A stretch of DNA of 44,109 bases, taken from an uncultured Hungatella sp. (GTDB lineage: Bacteria; Bacillota; Clostridia; Lachnospirales; Lachnospiraceae). The first letter of the stretch is position 1, and each line of letters opens with the position of its first letter. The stretch spans positions 1 through 44,109 of the forward strand of contig CAYYHX010000001.1 of assembly GCA_964471835.1 (NCBI GenBank). The letters are read 5' to 3'. A model generated the notes under the pieces. The model saw only the letters and a program-made list of their open reading frames with translations. It was not told where the DNA came from and searched no databases. Of this stretch, positions 10,892 through 20,727 are shown piece by piece. The position numbers and the translations under genes were made by a program.

Positions 10892-11701
10892 ATGAAGAGA
10901 GGATTGATAGTGACAGCGGCGACGGCGGCCATAGCAATTTCTATGAGCATGACGTCATTTGCCGGACAGTGGCTGTCCGACGCGACCGGCTGGTGGTGGA
11001 GAAATGATGACGGAACCTATCCGGCCAATATGTGGATGTGGCTCGACGGGAACGGCGACCGGATTGCGGAGTGCTATTATTTCAATGAAAGCGGATATTG
11101 CCTGATGAATACCCAGACGCCGGACGGATACACGGTCGATCCAAACGGAGCATGGACGATAAACGGCGCCGTGCAGATGAAAGTGGTGGATCCGGCCCCT
11201 GCTTCCGCTCCGACAGATTCGGTGTCCTCGGGGTCGGAAAAAGCAAAGGAATCCGGGAGCGATAAAAAGAAAGCGGATACCTTGCTGGATCTGAAGCCGA
11301 CGGAGACTTCCAATGGGTCCGGGGAATTTAAGAATGCGGTAACCTACGAAAACGAAATGTGGGGAAGAGGGATAAGGATTCATTTCACAAGCTTCGGCGG
11401 CAATAATGACCATTCTGTGCTGGAATATGAGCTGAACGGAGATTATAACCGTCTGACCTTTACCGTATCTCCCGGTCCTGAAGAAGAAAAGTGGTGGGAT
11501 GACGGCGGTTTCAGCGCAATCCTTTACGGGGACGATGACAAAGTCCTCTGGAGTGCAGATTACGAGGCCGGCGGGGATTATCCGCCCGAGGAGGTAAGCG
11601 TGGATATTTCCGGTCAGGAAATGATCCGTTTCTACGGAACGGCGGCGAGAGAAACAACGTATCCCAGGGATGTTTTGTTTAAGGGTCTTGAACTTGAATA
11701 A
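10892..11701 (+). CDS. Secreted cell-wall-binding-repeat protein with a C-terminal NPCBM-like beta-sandwich
   Basis: Signal peptide ending SFA; WWWRNDDGTYP / CYYFNESGY / TPDGYTVDPNGAW repeats; YELNGDYNRL..VDISG. Confidence 0.75.
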   Translation: MKRGLIVTAATAAIAISMSMTSFAGQWLSDATGWWWRNDDGTYPANMWMWLDGNGDRIAECYYFNESGYCLMNTQTPDGYTVDPNGAWTINGAVQMKVVDPAPASAPTDSVSSGSEKAKESGSDKKKADTLLDLKPTETSNGSGEFKNAVTYENEMWGRGIRIHFTSFGGNNDHSVLEYELNGDYNRLTFTVSPGPEEEKWWDDGGFSAILYGDDDKVLWSADYEAGGDYPPEEVSVDISGQEMIRFYGTAARETTYPRDVLFKGLELE

Positions 11702-11742
11702 GCGGCTGATGGTCTGAGTGATACAGACGTCTTGAAACAGAT

Positions 11743-11785
11743 AAGAGAAAGAACGGATCTTAAAATGGTTCGTTCTTTCTCTTTT
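11743..11785 (+). terminator. Intrinsic terminator
   Basis: aagagaaagaacg...cgttctttctctttt. Confidence 0.75.
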
Positions 11786-11926
11786 GATTACTTGCCGAGC
11801 ACGACGATGCAGCTTTTCCTGTAACACCCTGTATTTATTGGGAAATAAAATATTATTGTAAATCATAAAATAATGTGATAGGATGAATAATTGTGGGGAC
11901 AAGAAAATAAGCGAAGGGAGAAGTCT

Positions 11927-12847
11927 ATGCTTCATCTTAAAAATCTGGACGAAGGATATCCGGTGTTCAAGGCGCTGGCGTCGGAAATCCGTATCCGCAT
12001 CATGAAGCTGCTTTTGGAAAACGGGGAGATGAATATGAATGAGCTGGCGAGCGCCCTCGGGGTGACGAACGGCGCGCTGACCAGCCATATGCGTATGCTG
12101 GAGGAGAGCGGCCTGATCCGGATCCTGACGGAGCGGAGCGGACACGGCAACCAGAAGATGTGCAGGGTATGCCAGGAGAAGATTCTGGTGGACGTCGTAT
12201 CGGATTTTAAGGAGAATCTGGGAAATGTCTACTATGCGGAAATTCCGGTCGGGCATTATGTGGGATATGAGATTTATCCGACCTGCGGCATCGCCACCGC
12301 GGATTATCTGATCGGCGAGGTGGACGATCCGCGGTATTTTGCCCACGGGGACCGGATGTACGCGGAGATCCTGTGGTTCGGGAAAGGGTATGTGGAATAT
12401 CTGGTCCCGACGCTGCTGCCGCCGGCTACCCGGATCGACCAGATCTCTTTGTCCATGGAGATCAGCTCCGAGGCCCCCGGCGTCAACAGTGACTGGCCTT
12501 CCGACATCAGCTTCTATCTGAATGACGTCTATATCGGGATGTGGACCAGTCCCGGGGATTTCGGCGATGTGCAGGGCATTTTCACGCCAGACTGGTGGTT
12601 CCAGAACTGGAACCAGTACGGGCTGCTGAAGCTGATCGTCATCGACGGGACGGGTACTTATCTGGACGGGCTGAAGATTTCCGATGTGAATATCGACCAG
12701 TTCCATCTGACCTATAAGAGTACGGTGAAATTCCGCTTCGAGGTGGCGGAGGATGCCGTCAATGTCGGGGGGTTTACGATCTTCGGCAGGAAATTCGGCA
12801 ACTACAACCAGGCCATCAAGGTGCGCATCAATTACAGTCCGCTGTGA
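11927..12847 (+). CDS. ArsR-type wHTH regulator with a large C-terminal effector domain; probable arabinose-locus regulator
   Basis: FKALASEIRIRIMKLL...HMRMLEESGLI HTH; WPSDISF and WTSPGDFGD motifs; directly upstream of araB. Confidence 0.85.
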   Translation: MLHLKNLDEGYPVFKALASEIRIRIMKLLLENGEMNMNELASALGVTNGALTSHMRMLEESGLIRILTERSGHGNQKMCRVCQEKILVDVVSDFKENLGNVYYAEIPVGHYVGYEIYPTCGIATADYLIGEVDDPRYFAHGDRMYAEILWFGKGYVEYLVPTLLPPATRIDQISLSMEISSEAPGVNSDWPSDISFYLNDVYIGMWTSPGDFGDVQGIFTPDWWFQNWNQYGLLKLIVIDGTGTYLDGLKISDVNIDQFHLTYKSTVKFRFEVAEDAVNVGGFTIFGRKFGNYNQAIKVRINYSPL

Positions 12848-12886
12848 ATTCTGTAATTCATTTACGAGGAAAAGGAGGAAAATGAG

Positions 12887-14479
12887 ATGGCAAGTATCAA
12901 GGAAACAATCGAGAGCAGTATCCTGGGGCTGGAGCTTGGTTCCACCCGCATCAAGGCGGTGCTGATCGACGGGGACCACACGCCCATCGCTTCCGGCGAC
13001 CACGAGTGGGAGAACCGGTTGGAGAACGGCATCTGGACGTACAGTCTGGACGATATCTGGACAGGTCTTCAGGACTGCTACCGGAAGCTGGCGGAGGATG
13101 TGAAGTCCAAATACGGCATTCAGCTGAAGAAGGTGGGAGCAATCGGGTTTTCCGCGATGATGCACGGCTATATGGCGTTTGACCGCGAAGGGAACCTTCT
13201 GGCGCCGTTCCGCACCTGGCGCAACGGGATCACCGGCCCTGCATCGGAAGCGCTGACGGAGCTGTTTCATTTTAATATTCCTCAGAGATGGAGCATCGCC
13301 CATCTGTACCAGGCGATCCTGAACGGGGAGGAGCATGTGAAGGATGTGGCGTTTCTGACCACGCTGGCCGGTTACATCCACTGGCAGCTGACCGGTGAGA
13401 AAGTGCTGGGAATCGGCGACGCTTCGGGGGTATTCCCGATCGACCCGGCGACGAAAGATTATGATGAGTCGATGATCGCGAAGTTTGACGCCCTGGTGGC
13501 GGACAAGGGGTATCCGTGGAAACTGAAGGATATTCTGCCGAAAGCATTGATGGCCGGGGAGCCGGCGGGTGTGCTGACGGCCGTGGGAGCCAGGCTTCTG
13601 GATGAGAGCGGCAGCCTGGAGGCGGGGATTCCGGTCTGCCCGCCGGAGGGGGACGCGGGAACCGGCATGGTCGCTACCAACAGCGTGGAGAAGCGGACCG
13701 GCAATGTATCCGCCGGCACGAGCGTATTTGCGATGGTGGTGCTGGAAAAGGAGCTTTCGAAGGTGTATCCGCAGATCGACCTGGTGACGACGCCGGACGG
13801 CAGTCTGGTCGGCATGGTGCATGCCAACAACTGCACGTCGGATCTGAATGCCTGGGTCGGGATCTTTAAGGAGTTCGCGGAGAGCATCGGCGTCAGCATG
13901 GATAGGGATACGCTTTTCGGAACATTGTACAATAAGGCGCTGGAAGGGGATGCGGACTGCGGCGGCCTGCTGGCCTACGGGTATCTGTCCGGGGAACACA
14001 TCACCGGCGTCAGCGAGGGAAGACCGCTGTTCGTGCGGTCCCCGGAGAGCCGTTTCAACCTGGCCAATTTCATGCGGGCAAACCTGTATACGTCGCTGGG
14101 CGCGCTGAAGGTTGGCATGGATATTCTGCTCAAGGAGGAGCATGTGAAGATCGATACCATCCTGGGACACGGCGGGCTGTTTAAGACGAAGGGCGTGGCT
14201 CAGGGCTTCCTGGCCGCCGCTCTCGACACGCCGGTGTCGGTGATGGAGACGGCCGGCGAGGGCGGGCCGTGGGGGATGGCGCTGCTGGCGTCCTATATGG
14301 TCCATAAGGATGCGGGCGAGAGTCTGGGACATTTCCTGGCCAAGAAGGTATTTGCGGGGAACAAGGGCGTGGAAATGAAGCCGGACCCGCGCGCGGCGGA
14401 AGGATTTGAGAAATTTATCGAGCGCTACCGGGAAGGAATCGGGATCGAGAAGGCGGCGGCGGAGCATCTTCTTGTCTGA
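12887..14479 (+). CDS. araB: FGGY-family pentulose kinase, likely L-ribulokinase
   Basis: [32 protein letters not shown]; adjacent to araD. Confidence 0.8.
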   Translation: MASIKETIESSILGLELGSTRIKAVLIDGDHTPIASGDHEWENRLENGIWTYSLDDIWTGLQDCYRKLAEDVKSKYGIQLKKVGAIGFSAMMHGYMAFDREGNLLAPFRTWRNGITGPASEALTELFHFNIPQRWSIAHLYQAILNGEEHVKDVAFLTTLAGYIHWQLTGEKVLGIGDASGVFPIDPATKDYDESMIAKFDALVADKGYPWKLKDILPKALMAGEPAGVLTAVGARLLDESGSLEAGIPVCPPEGDAGTGMVATNSVEKRTGNVSAGTSVFAMVVLEKELSKVYPQIDLVTTPDGSLVGMVHANNCTSDLNAWVGIFKEFAESIGVSMDRDTLFGTLYNKALEGDADCGGLLAYGYLSGEHITGVSEGRPLFVRSPESRFNLANFMRANLYTSLGALKVGMDILLKEEHVKIDTILGHGGLFKTKGVAQGFLAAALDTPVSVMETAGEGGPWGMALLASYMVHKDAGESLGHFLAKKVFAGNKGVEMKPDPRAAEGFEKFIERYREGIGIEKAAAEHLLV

Positions 14480-14563
14480 GGGAGAATGGGCTGCCTGGCG
14501 AAGACGGTGCGGCGGTTTGCCGGACGCCGCGTGGCAAGAGCGGATATGACGGAGGGAATTTGT

Positions 14564-15268
14564 ATGCTGGAAGAGTTAAAGAAGAAGGTCTGGGAGGCGA
14601 ATCTGCTGCTGCCGAAATACGGGCTGGTGACGTTTACCTGGGGGAACGTGAGCGGAATCGACCGCGAAGCCGGGCTTTTCGTGATCAAGCCGAGCGGGGT
14701 GGACTATGACAAGCTGACGCCGGAGGACATGGTGGTCGTGGATCTGGAAGGAAAGAAGGTGAAGGGGAAACTGAACCCTTCTTCGGATACGCCGACCCAT
14801 GCGGTGCTGTATAACCGGTTTCCGCGGATCGGGGGGATCGTGCATACGCATTCGTCCTGGGCGACGAGCTGGGCGCAGGCGGGCCGGGGGATTCCGTGCT
14901 ACGGGACGACGCACGCGGATTATCTGTATGGCGAGGTGCCGTGTGTGCGCAGCTTGTCGAAAGAGGAGATCGAGGAGGCTTATGAGCACAATACAGGCGT
15001 GCTGATCGCGGATTATTTTGCGGAACATGGGCTGGACCCTGAGGCGATGCCGGCGGTGCTGTGCAAGAACCATGGCCCGTTCACCTGGGGAAAGGATGCC
15101 GGTGAGGCGGTGCATAACGCGGTGGTGCTGGAGGAAGTGGCGAAGATGGCGGCGCGGTGCGAGCAGCTGAATCCGGAGGTGAAACCGGCGCCACAGGAGC
15201 TGCAGGACAAACATTATTACCGCAAGCACGGGGCGAACGCCTACTATGGGCAGGCGAAACCGGAGTAG
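14564..15268 (+). CDS. araD: L-ribulose-5-phosphate 4-epimerase
   Basis: [34 protein letters not shown]; start at ATG 14564 after GGAGG. Confidence 0.95.
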   Translation: MLEELKKKVWEANLLLPKYGLVTFTWGNVSGIDREAGLFVIKPSGVDYDKLTPEDMVVVDLEGKKVKGKLNPSSDTPTHAVLYNRFPRIGGIVHTHSSWATSWAQAGRGIPCYGTTHADYLYGEVPCVRSLSKEEIEEAYEHNTGVLIADYFAEHGLDPEAMPAVLCKNHGPFTWGKDAGEAVHNAVVLEEVAKMAARCEQLNPEVKPAPQELQDKHYYRKHGANAYYGQAKPE

Positions 15269-15352
15269 ACATTTTTGCCGCGTATCGGCGAAACGGAAAG
15301 AAATCGCCGCGGCAGGCGAAGGAAACGAGAGTAGAAAAGGAGATAATGGAAA

Positions 15353-17335
15353 ATGAAGACAATTCAGGAACAGGCTGTGAACGCGATCCGCGTCCTTTCG
15401 GCGGACGCGGTCCAGAAAGCGAAATCGGGGCATCCCGGCCTGCCGCTGGGTTCGGCGGCGATGGCCTATGAGCTGTGGGCCAATCATATGAACCACAATC
15501 CGGCGGATCCGGACTGGCCGAACCGCGACCGCTTTGTGCTGTCCGGCGGACACGGTTCGATGCTTCTGTATTCGCTGCTGCACCTGTACGGCTACGGCGG
15601 GCTTTCGAAGGAGGATCTGATGAATTTCCGGCAGTTCGGCTCGCTGACCCCGGGCCATCCGGAATACCGCCATACGGTTGGCGTTGAGGCGACAACCGGG
15701 CCGCTGGGGCAGGGCATGGCGATGGCGGTCGGCATGGCGATAGCGGAAAAGCATCTGGCAGCCATATTTAATAAGGAAGGATATCCGGTGGTGGATCACT
15801 ATACCTTCGCGCTGGGCGGCGACGGGTGCATGATGGAGGGCATCTCCTCCGAGGCGTTCTCCCTGGCGGGAACGTTAAAGCTGGGCAAGCTCATCGTACT
15901 CTACGATTCCAACGGCATTTCCATTGAAGGAAGCACGAATCTCGCGTTTACGGAGAACGTGCAGGAGCGGATGGCGGCGTTTGGCTTCCAGACGATCACC
16001 GTGGAGGACGGAAATGACCTGGCGGCCATCGGGGCAGCCATCGAGGTGGCGAAGGCAGAGAAGGACAAGCCGTCCTTTATCACGGTGAAAACCCAGATCG
16101 GCTACGGCTGCCCGGCAAAGCAGGGAAAGCCAGGCGCCCACGGCGAGCCGCTGGGGGATGATAATATCCGGGAGATGAAGGAATTTCTGGAATGGCCGTC
16201 CCAGGAACCTTTCTATGTGCCGGAAGAAGTCTACGCCCATTACCGGAAGCTGGCAGAGAGCAAGGCGGACGCGGAAAATGCCTGGAAGGAGATGTTCGGC
16301 GCTTACTGCCGCGAGTACCCGGAGATGGAGGCGCTCTGGAACCGCTACCATGACGAGAAGGCGGCGGAGATCCTCCTGGACGACGCCGATTTCTGGAAAC
16401 AGGCCGAGAAGCCGGAGGCGACGCGGAACCTGTCCGGTAAGGTGATCAATTACATGAAGGACAAACTGCCGAACCTGATCGGGGGTTCCGCGGATCTGGC
16501 TCCGTCCAACAAGACGAATATGTCCGGGGCGGGGGATTTCTCCGCGGCCACCCCGGAAGGGCGCAATCTGCATTTCGGCGTCCGTGAGCAGGCAATGACT
16601 GCGATCGGCAACGGGCTGGCGCTCCACGGCGGCTTGAAACCCTATGTGGCGACATTCTTCGTGTTCAGCGATTATACGAAGCCCATGGCCAGACTTTCCG
16701 CGATCATGGGTCTGCCGCTGACGTTTGTTTTCAGCCATGACAGCATCGGTGTCGGCGAGGACGGCCCGACCCACGAGCCGGTGGAGCAGCTTGCCATGCT
16801 GCGGGCGATGCCGAATTTCCATGTGTTCCGTCCCTGCGACGCGGTGGAGACGGCGGCTGCCTGGTACAGTGCCATGACATCCACGAGAACGCCGACCGCG
16901 CTGGTGCTGACCCGTCAGAACCTGCCCCCGATGCCGGGAAGCAGCAAGGAAGCGCTCAAGGGCGGTTATGTCATTGACGATTGCGAGGGGACGCCGGAGG
17001 CGATCCTGATCGCGAGCGGTTCCGAGGTGGATCTGGCCGTGAAGGCGAAGGCGGCGCTGGCGGAGGAAGGCATGGCGGTACGCGTGGTGTCCATGCCGTG
17101 TATGGATCTTTTCGAGGAGCAGAGCGAGGAATATAAAGAGTCCGTGCTGCCGAAGAGCGTCAGGAAGCGCGTGGCCGTCGAGGCGCTCAGCGATTTCGGC
17201 TGGGGCAGATATGTGGGCCTGGACGGCGCGTATGTGACGATGAAGGGCTTCGGCGCCAGCGGTCCGTATGCGAGGCTCTTTGAGCATTACGGGTTTACGG
17301 TGGAACACGTAGTTGCGGCGGTGAAGTCGCTGTGA
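15353..17335 (+). CDS. tkt: Transketolase
   Basis: SGHPG, GDGCMMEG (TPP binding), HFGVRE, GEDGPTHEP. Confidence 0.97.
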   Translation: MKTIQEQAVNAIRVLSADAVQKAKSGHPGLPLGSAAMAYELWANHMNHNPADPDWPNRDRFVLSGGHGSMLLYSLLHLYGYGGLSKEDLMNFRQFGSLTPGHPEYRHTVGVEATTGPLGQGMAMAVGMAIAEKHLAAIFNKEGYPVVDHYTFALGGDGCMMEGISSEAFSLAGTLKLGKLIVLYDSNGISIEGSTNLAFTENVQERMAAFGFQTITVEDGNDLAAIGAAIEVAKAEKDKPSFITVKTQIGYGCPAKQGKPGAHGEPLGDDNIREMKEFLEWPSQEPFYVPEEVYAHYRKLAESKADAENAWKEMFGAYCREYPEMEALWNRYHDEKAAEILLDDADFWKQAEKPEATRNLSGKVINYMKDKLPNLIGGSADLAPSNKTNMSGAGDFSAATPEGRNLHFGVREQAMTAIGNGLALHGGLKPYVATFFVFSDYTKPMARLSAIMGLPLTFVFSHDSIGVGEDGPTHEPVEQLAMLRAMPNFHVFRPCDAVETAAAWYSAMTSTRTPTALVLTRQNLPPMPGSSKEALKGGYVIDDCEGTPEAILIASGSEVDLAVKAKAALAEEGMAVRVVSMPCMDLFEEQSEEYKESVLPKSVRKRVAVEALSDFGWGRYVGLDGAYVTMKGFGASGPYARLFEHYGFTVEHVVAAVKSL

Positions 17336-17441
17336 AGCCGCCGTGATCCGCGAGGATAAGGGGCGGAATGACCGGTGAACCCGCCGTGACCCGCCGACGG
17401 GAATGAGGAACAGGATAGACGGCGAAGCCGCTGTGAGCCGC
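17321..17441. repeat. Degenerate 20-bp direct repeats beginning at the tkt stop
   Basis: gtgaagccgccgtgatccgc (17332), gtgaacccgccgtgacccgc (17375), gcgaagccgctgtgagccgc (17422). Confidence 0.7.
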
Positions 17442-17496
17442 GGGCGGGAGCCAGCGGGGATGAGAAACAAAATGAACGGGAAGGAGAACAGAGGGC

Positions 17497-18150
17497 ATGA
17501 AATTTTTTATTGATACGGCTAATGTGGACGAGATTCGCGAGGCGAATGAAATGGGTATTATCTGCGGGGTTACGACCAATCCGTCCCTGATCGCCAAGGA
17601 AGGGCGGGACTTTAAGCAGGTGGTCGCGGAGATCGCGTCCATCGTGGACGGACCCATCAGCGGCGAGGTGAAGGCTACGACGACGGATGCGGCCGGAATG
17701 ATTCGGGAGGGACGCGAGATCGCGGCCATCCATCCCAACATGGTCGTGAAGATTCCGATGACGGCCGAGGGCCTTAAGGCGGTCAAGGTCCTGTCCGCGG
17801 AGGGCGTAAAGACGAATGTGACGCTGGTCTTTACCACAGCGCAGGCGCTGCTGGCGGCACGCGCGGGCGCGGCGTATGTGTCCCCGTTCGTAGGCCGTCT
17901 GGACGATATTTCCATGCCGGGCGTGGAACTGATCGAGGATATCGCGGATGTATTTATCACGCATGACATCGGAACGGAGATCATCGCTGCCAGCATCCGC
18001 CACGCGATCCATGTGATCGACTGCGCGCGGGCCGGCGCGGACATCGCCACTGTGCCTTACAAGGTGCTGATGCAGATGACCCGGCACCCGCTGACCGACG
18101 CCGGTATCGAGAAATTTAAGAAGGATTATATCGCGGTGTTTGGCGAGTGA
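17497..18150 (+). CDS. tal: Transaldolase (small TalC/FSA fold)
   Basis: [13 protein letters not shown]; Glu in PISGEV and Phe in SPFVGR are transaldolase-type rather than FSA-type. Confidence 0.85.
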   Translation: MKFFIDTANVDEIREANEMGIICGVTTNPSLIAKEGRDFKQVVAEIASIVDGPISGEVKATTTDAAGMIREGREIAAIHPNMVVKIPMTAEGLKAVKVLSAEGVKTNVTLVFTTAQALLAARAGAAYVSPFVGRLDDISMPGVELIEDIADVFITHDIGTEIIAASIRHAIHVIDCARAGADIATVPYKVLMQMTRHPLTDAGIEKFKKDYIAVFGE

Positions 18151-18190
18151 GAAAAACGGCAGCAGTCTGAACTATGACAAAAACGGATGG

Positions 18191-18236
18191 AGCAGAGGGG
18201 AAAGGCGCACGTTTACTTTCCTCCTCTTGCTTTTCT
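18191..18236 (+). terminator. Probable intrinsic terminator of the ara-tkt-tal operon
   Basis: agcagaggggaaag...ctttcctcctcttgctttt. Confidence 0.55.
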
Positions 18237-18333
18237 CCGGCATCCTGCCATGCGATCCCGATTTGAAAGAATGGGATTCGGACGAAGCGTCATGATCTGT
18301 CAGATTATTCAGAATTGTATTCCGGATTGTATC

Positions 18334-18349
18334 TTTAGATAAATCTAAA
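18334..18349. promoter_or_regulatory. Palindromic candidate operator TTTAGATAAATCTAAA
   Basis: TTTAGAT-AA-ATCTAAA; related sites at 8778, 11847 and 18658. Confidence 0.5.
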
Positions 18350-18437
18350 ATACTTTATTTATTTATGAAAAATTCACAAAAAAGACACACTTTTTTTGTT
18401 CTTATCTACCAAAAATCGAGTAAAATACATTTCGCTA

Positions 18438-18466
18438 TTGAAAATCCGGTCTGCCCGTGGTATGAT
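18438..18466 (+). promoter_or_regulatory. Promoter of the arabinanase/ABC operon
   Basis: TTGAAA-N17-TATGAT with an extended TG. Confidence 0.65.
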
Positions 18467-18694
18467 ACATTTATGAACAAGAGGACGAAAATCAAGCCGA
18501 CGGTTTACTAAATTTAACCAAATGATGCCAGACCGGGGGAGATTTTTAGATAAAAATGTTGAATAGTTGTGAGATATTTTCACGATAAACCGTAGAATTC
18601 GTAGAATTGCATCAGAAATAGCTGTTTCTGTCGGCAATTTCTTTTTTCGTTTGATATTTGACATTATTCTAAAATATTTTACAAAGGAGGCATT

Positions 18695-20548
18695 ATGAAT
18701 AAAAAAAGCTATATTGCCGCCATTATGATACTTTCAGTCGGGCTGGCCGGCTGCGGAAGCGGTTCCCAAACTGCGGAGCAGACGACGGCGGTCCAGACGC
18801 AGGAAGAGAGCGGTGACGCCGTGGCCGGAGAAGCGCAGAACGGGGCCGCTGCGGGCGGAGAAGCACAGAACGGAGCGGAAGTGAGCGCGAACGGAGTCGC
18901 CGCGAATGGAGAAGCGCAGAACGGGGTGGAAGTGGGCGAGAACGGAGCCGCTGCGACCGGAGAAGCACAGAACGGCGCGGAAGCAAACGGAACGGCTGCG
19001 GGAGCGGGCGAAAGCGGAGCCGCCGCAGGTGGGGAAGCACAGAACGGAGCGGAAGCGGGCAAGAACGGAGCCGATGCGGGCGGAGAAGCCCAGAACGGCG
19101 CGGAGGCGAACGGCGCGACAGAGGAAGCGGAGGATGCTTCCGTGCCGGAATTCCTGCGGGGCGTGACCTTGAAGACCGATCCGGCGCTGACCTACGATCT
19201 GCCGGAAGTGACCGTCCATGACCCGTCCATCGTGAAGGACGGCGAAACCTATTATGTATTCGGTTCTCATCTGGCGGCGGCCAAATCCGACGACTTGATC
19301 CACTGGGAGCAGATCGATTCCGGCGTTCATCCGGATAATAAGATCATTCCGAACGCCACCATCGAGATGAGTGAAGCGTTCACTTGGGCGAAAACCGATA
19401 CCTTCTGGGCGCCGGACGTGATCCGGCTGGCGGACGGGAAATATTATATGTATTACTGCAACTGCGAGGGGAGTTCACCGCTGTCGGCGATGGGACTGGC
19501 GGTGGCGGACAACATCGTAGGACCTTACAAGGATCTGGGCGTTTTCCTGAAGTCAGGGCAGGATCCGGATACGCCGGATGAGGACGGCGGGGTCTATGAC
19601 GCGACGCAGAAGCCGAACGTGGTCGATCCCTGTGTGTTCTTTGACAAGGAAGGAAAGCTCTGGATGGTGTACGGCTCCTATTCCGGCGGCATCTTTATCA
19701 AGCAGATGAATCCAGAGACGGGGTTCCCGCTGGAAAGCGGCTACGGCAAGAAGCTCGTGGGCGGCAACCATCTGCGGATCGAGGCGCCTTACATCCTTTA
19801 CAGCCCCGACACCGATTACTATTACATGTTCCTCTCCTTCGGAGGGCTGGCGTCGGACGGCGGCTACAACATCCGGGTCTGTCGTTCGGAGAATCCGGAC
19901 GGCCCCTACTACGATTCCGAGGGACAGGAGATGTCCGACTGCATGGGGCCGGAAGGTTCCTTCTTTGACGACGGGACAGCCGGAAAGTTCGGCGTCAAGC
20001 TGATGGGCAACTTCAGCTTCGACTATCAGGAGGGCGAGTGGGGACAGTTCCGGGCAGGGTATGTTTCCCCGGGACACAACAGCGCTTTTTACGACGAGGA
20101 AACGGGACGGTATTTTCTGGTTTTCCATACCCGTTTTGAGGGCAAGGGCGAGACGCACAATGTCCGTGTCCATCAGATGTACCTGAATGACGACGGCTGG
20201 TTTGTCGTATCCCCGCACCGCTATGTGGGCGATCAGGTGGAGAAGGTGACGGCGGAGGATATCACGGGACCCTACCGGGTCGTGAATCATTTGCATAATA
20301 TCAGCGCCAACATCAATCATTCAAAAAATATTGTTCTGAACGAGGACGGCACCGTCACCGGCGATTTCAAGGGAACCTGGGAGCTTACGGGCGACAACAC
20401 GGCGGTTATCGAGCTGAACGGCATCGTCTACAAGGGAAAGTTCCTGATCGAGTGGGATCAGTTCGGATTCAAGAACGTGAGCACGTTCACGGCGCTGTCG
20501 GATACCGGCATCCCCGTCTGGGGAAGCGGGTACGAAGCGAAGGAGTAA
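18695..20548 (+). CDS. Lipoprotein GH43 endo-alpha-1,5-arabinanase-like enzyme with a repetitive N-terminal linker
   Basis: Lipobox LAGC; VHDPS, WAPD, VDP, IEAP, SPGHNS; C-terminal beta domain. Confidence 0.88.
   Translation: MNKKSYIAAIMILSVGLAGCGSGSQTAEQTTAVQTQEESGDAVAGEAQNGAAAGGEAQNGAEVSANGVAANGEAQNGVEVGENGAAATGEAQNGAEANGTAAGAGESGAAAGGEAQNGAEAGKNGADAGGEAQNGAEANGATEEAEDASVPEFLRGVTLKTDPALTYDLPEVTVHDPSIVKDGETYYVFGSHLAAAKSDDLIHWEQIDSGVHPDNKIIPNATIEMSEAFTWAKTDTFWAPDVIRLADGKYYMYYCNCEGSSPLSAMGLAVADNIVGPYKDLGVFLKSGQDPDTPDEDGGVYDATQKPNVVDPCVFFDKEGKLWMVYGSYSGGIFIKQMNPETGFPLESGYGKKLVGGNHLRIEAPYILYSPDTDYYYMFLSFGGLASDGGYNIRVCRSENPDGPYYDSEGQEMSDCMGPEGSFFDDGTAGKFGVKLMGNFSFDYQEGEWGQFRAGYVSPGHNSAFYDEETGRYFLVFHTRFEGKGETHNVRVHQMYLNDDGWFVVSPHRYVGDQVEKVTAEDITGPYRVVNHLHNISANINHSKNIVLNEDGTVTGDFKGTWELTGDNTAVIELNGIVYKGKFLIEWDQFGFKNVSTFTALSDTGIPVWGSGYEAKE
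18823..19120 (+). repeat. In-frame GEAQNGAE repeats (six GEAQNG copies)
   Basis: Recurrent gg(a/g)gaagcNcagaacgg. Confidence 0.85.
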
Positions 20549-20660
20549 GACAAACCGGCTTCGCGCGGTACACGCCGGAAGAAAATAAGACAGACCAGCT
20601 CCGCGCGATGTATCTGGAAGTGCGGATGCAGTCAGAAAGTAAGGCAGATCGGTTCTGCGC
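20546..20660. repeat. Three degenerate 21-bp repeats starting at the GH43 stop codon
   Basis: taagacaaaccggcttcgcgc (20546), taagacagaccagctccgcgc (20586), taaggcagatcggttctgcgc (20640). Confidence 0.7.
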
Positions 20661-20727
20661 AGCCAGAAAGTCAACTCAAAGCGTATATGATTCTATTTAA
20701 GCATATAAAGAGAAAGAAGGTGGAGGT

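Noticed and set aside
10955-14467. 1170-aa minus-strand ORF, and similar long antisense ORFs (3172-4830, 8644-10260, 15875-17470, 25528-27774, 31946-33649)
   Set aside because: Shadow frames opposite well-supported GC-rich genes; no recognisable motifs and atypical R/H/P-rich composition
17321-17441. Repeat-spacer-like pattern resembling a mini CRISPR array (also 20546-20660 and 450-530)
   Set aside because: Repeats are degenerate, only about three copies, irregular or with no unique spacers, and there are no cas genes in the window
18374-18664. 96-aa minus-strand ORF in the arabinanase promoter region
   Set aside because: Overlaps the promoter and operator-like sites, has no RBS and no recognisable features
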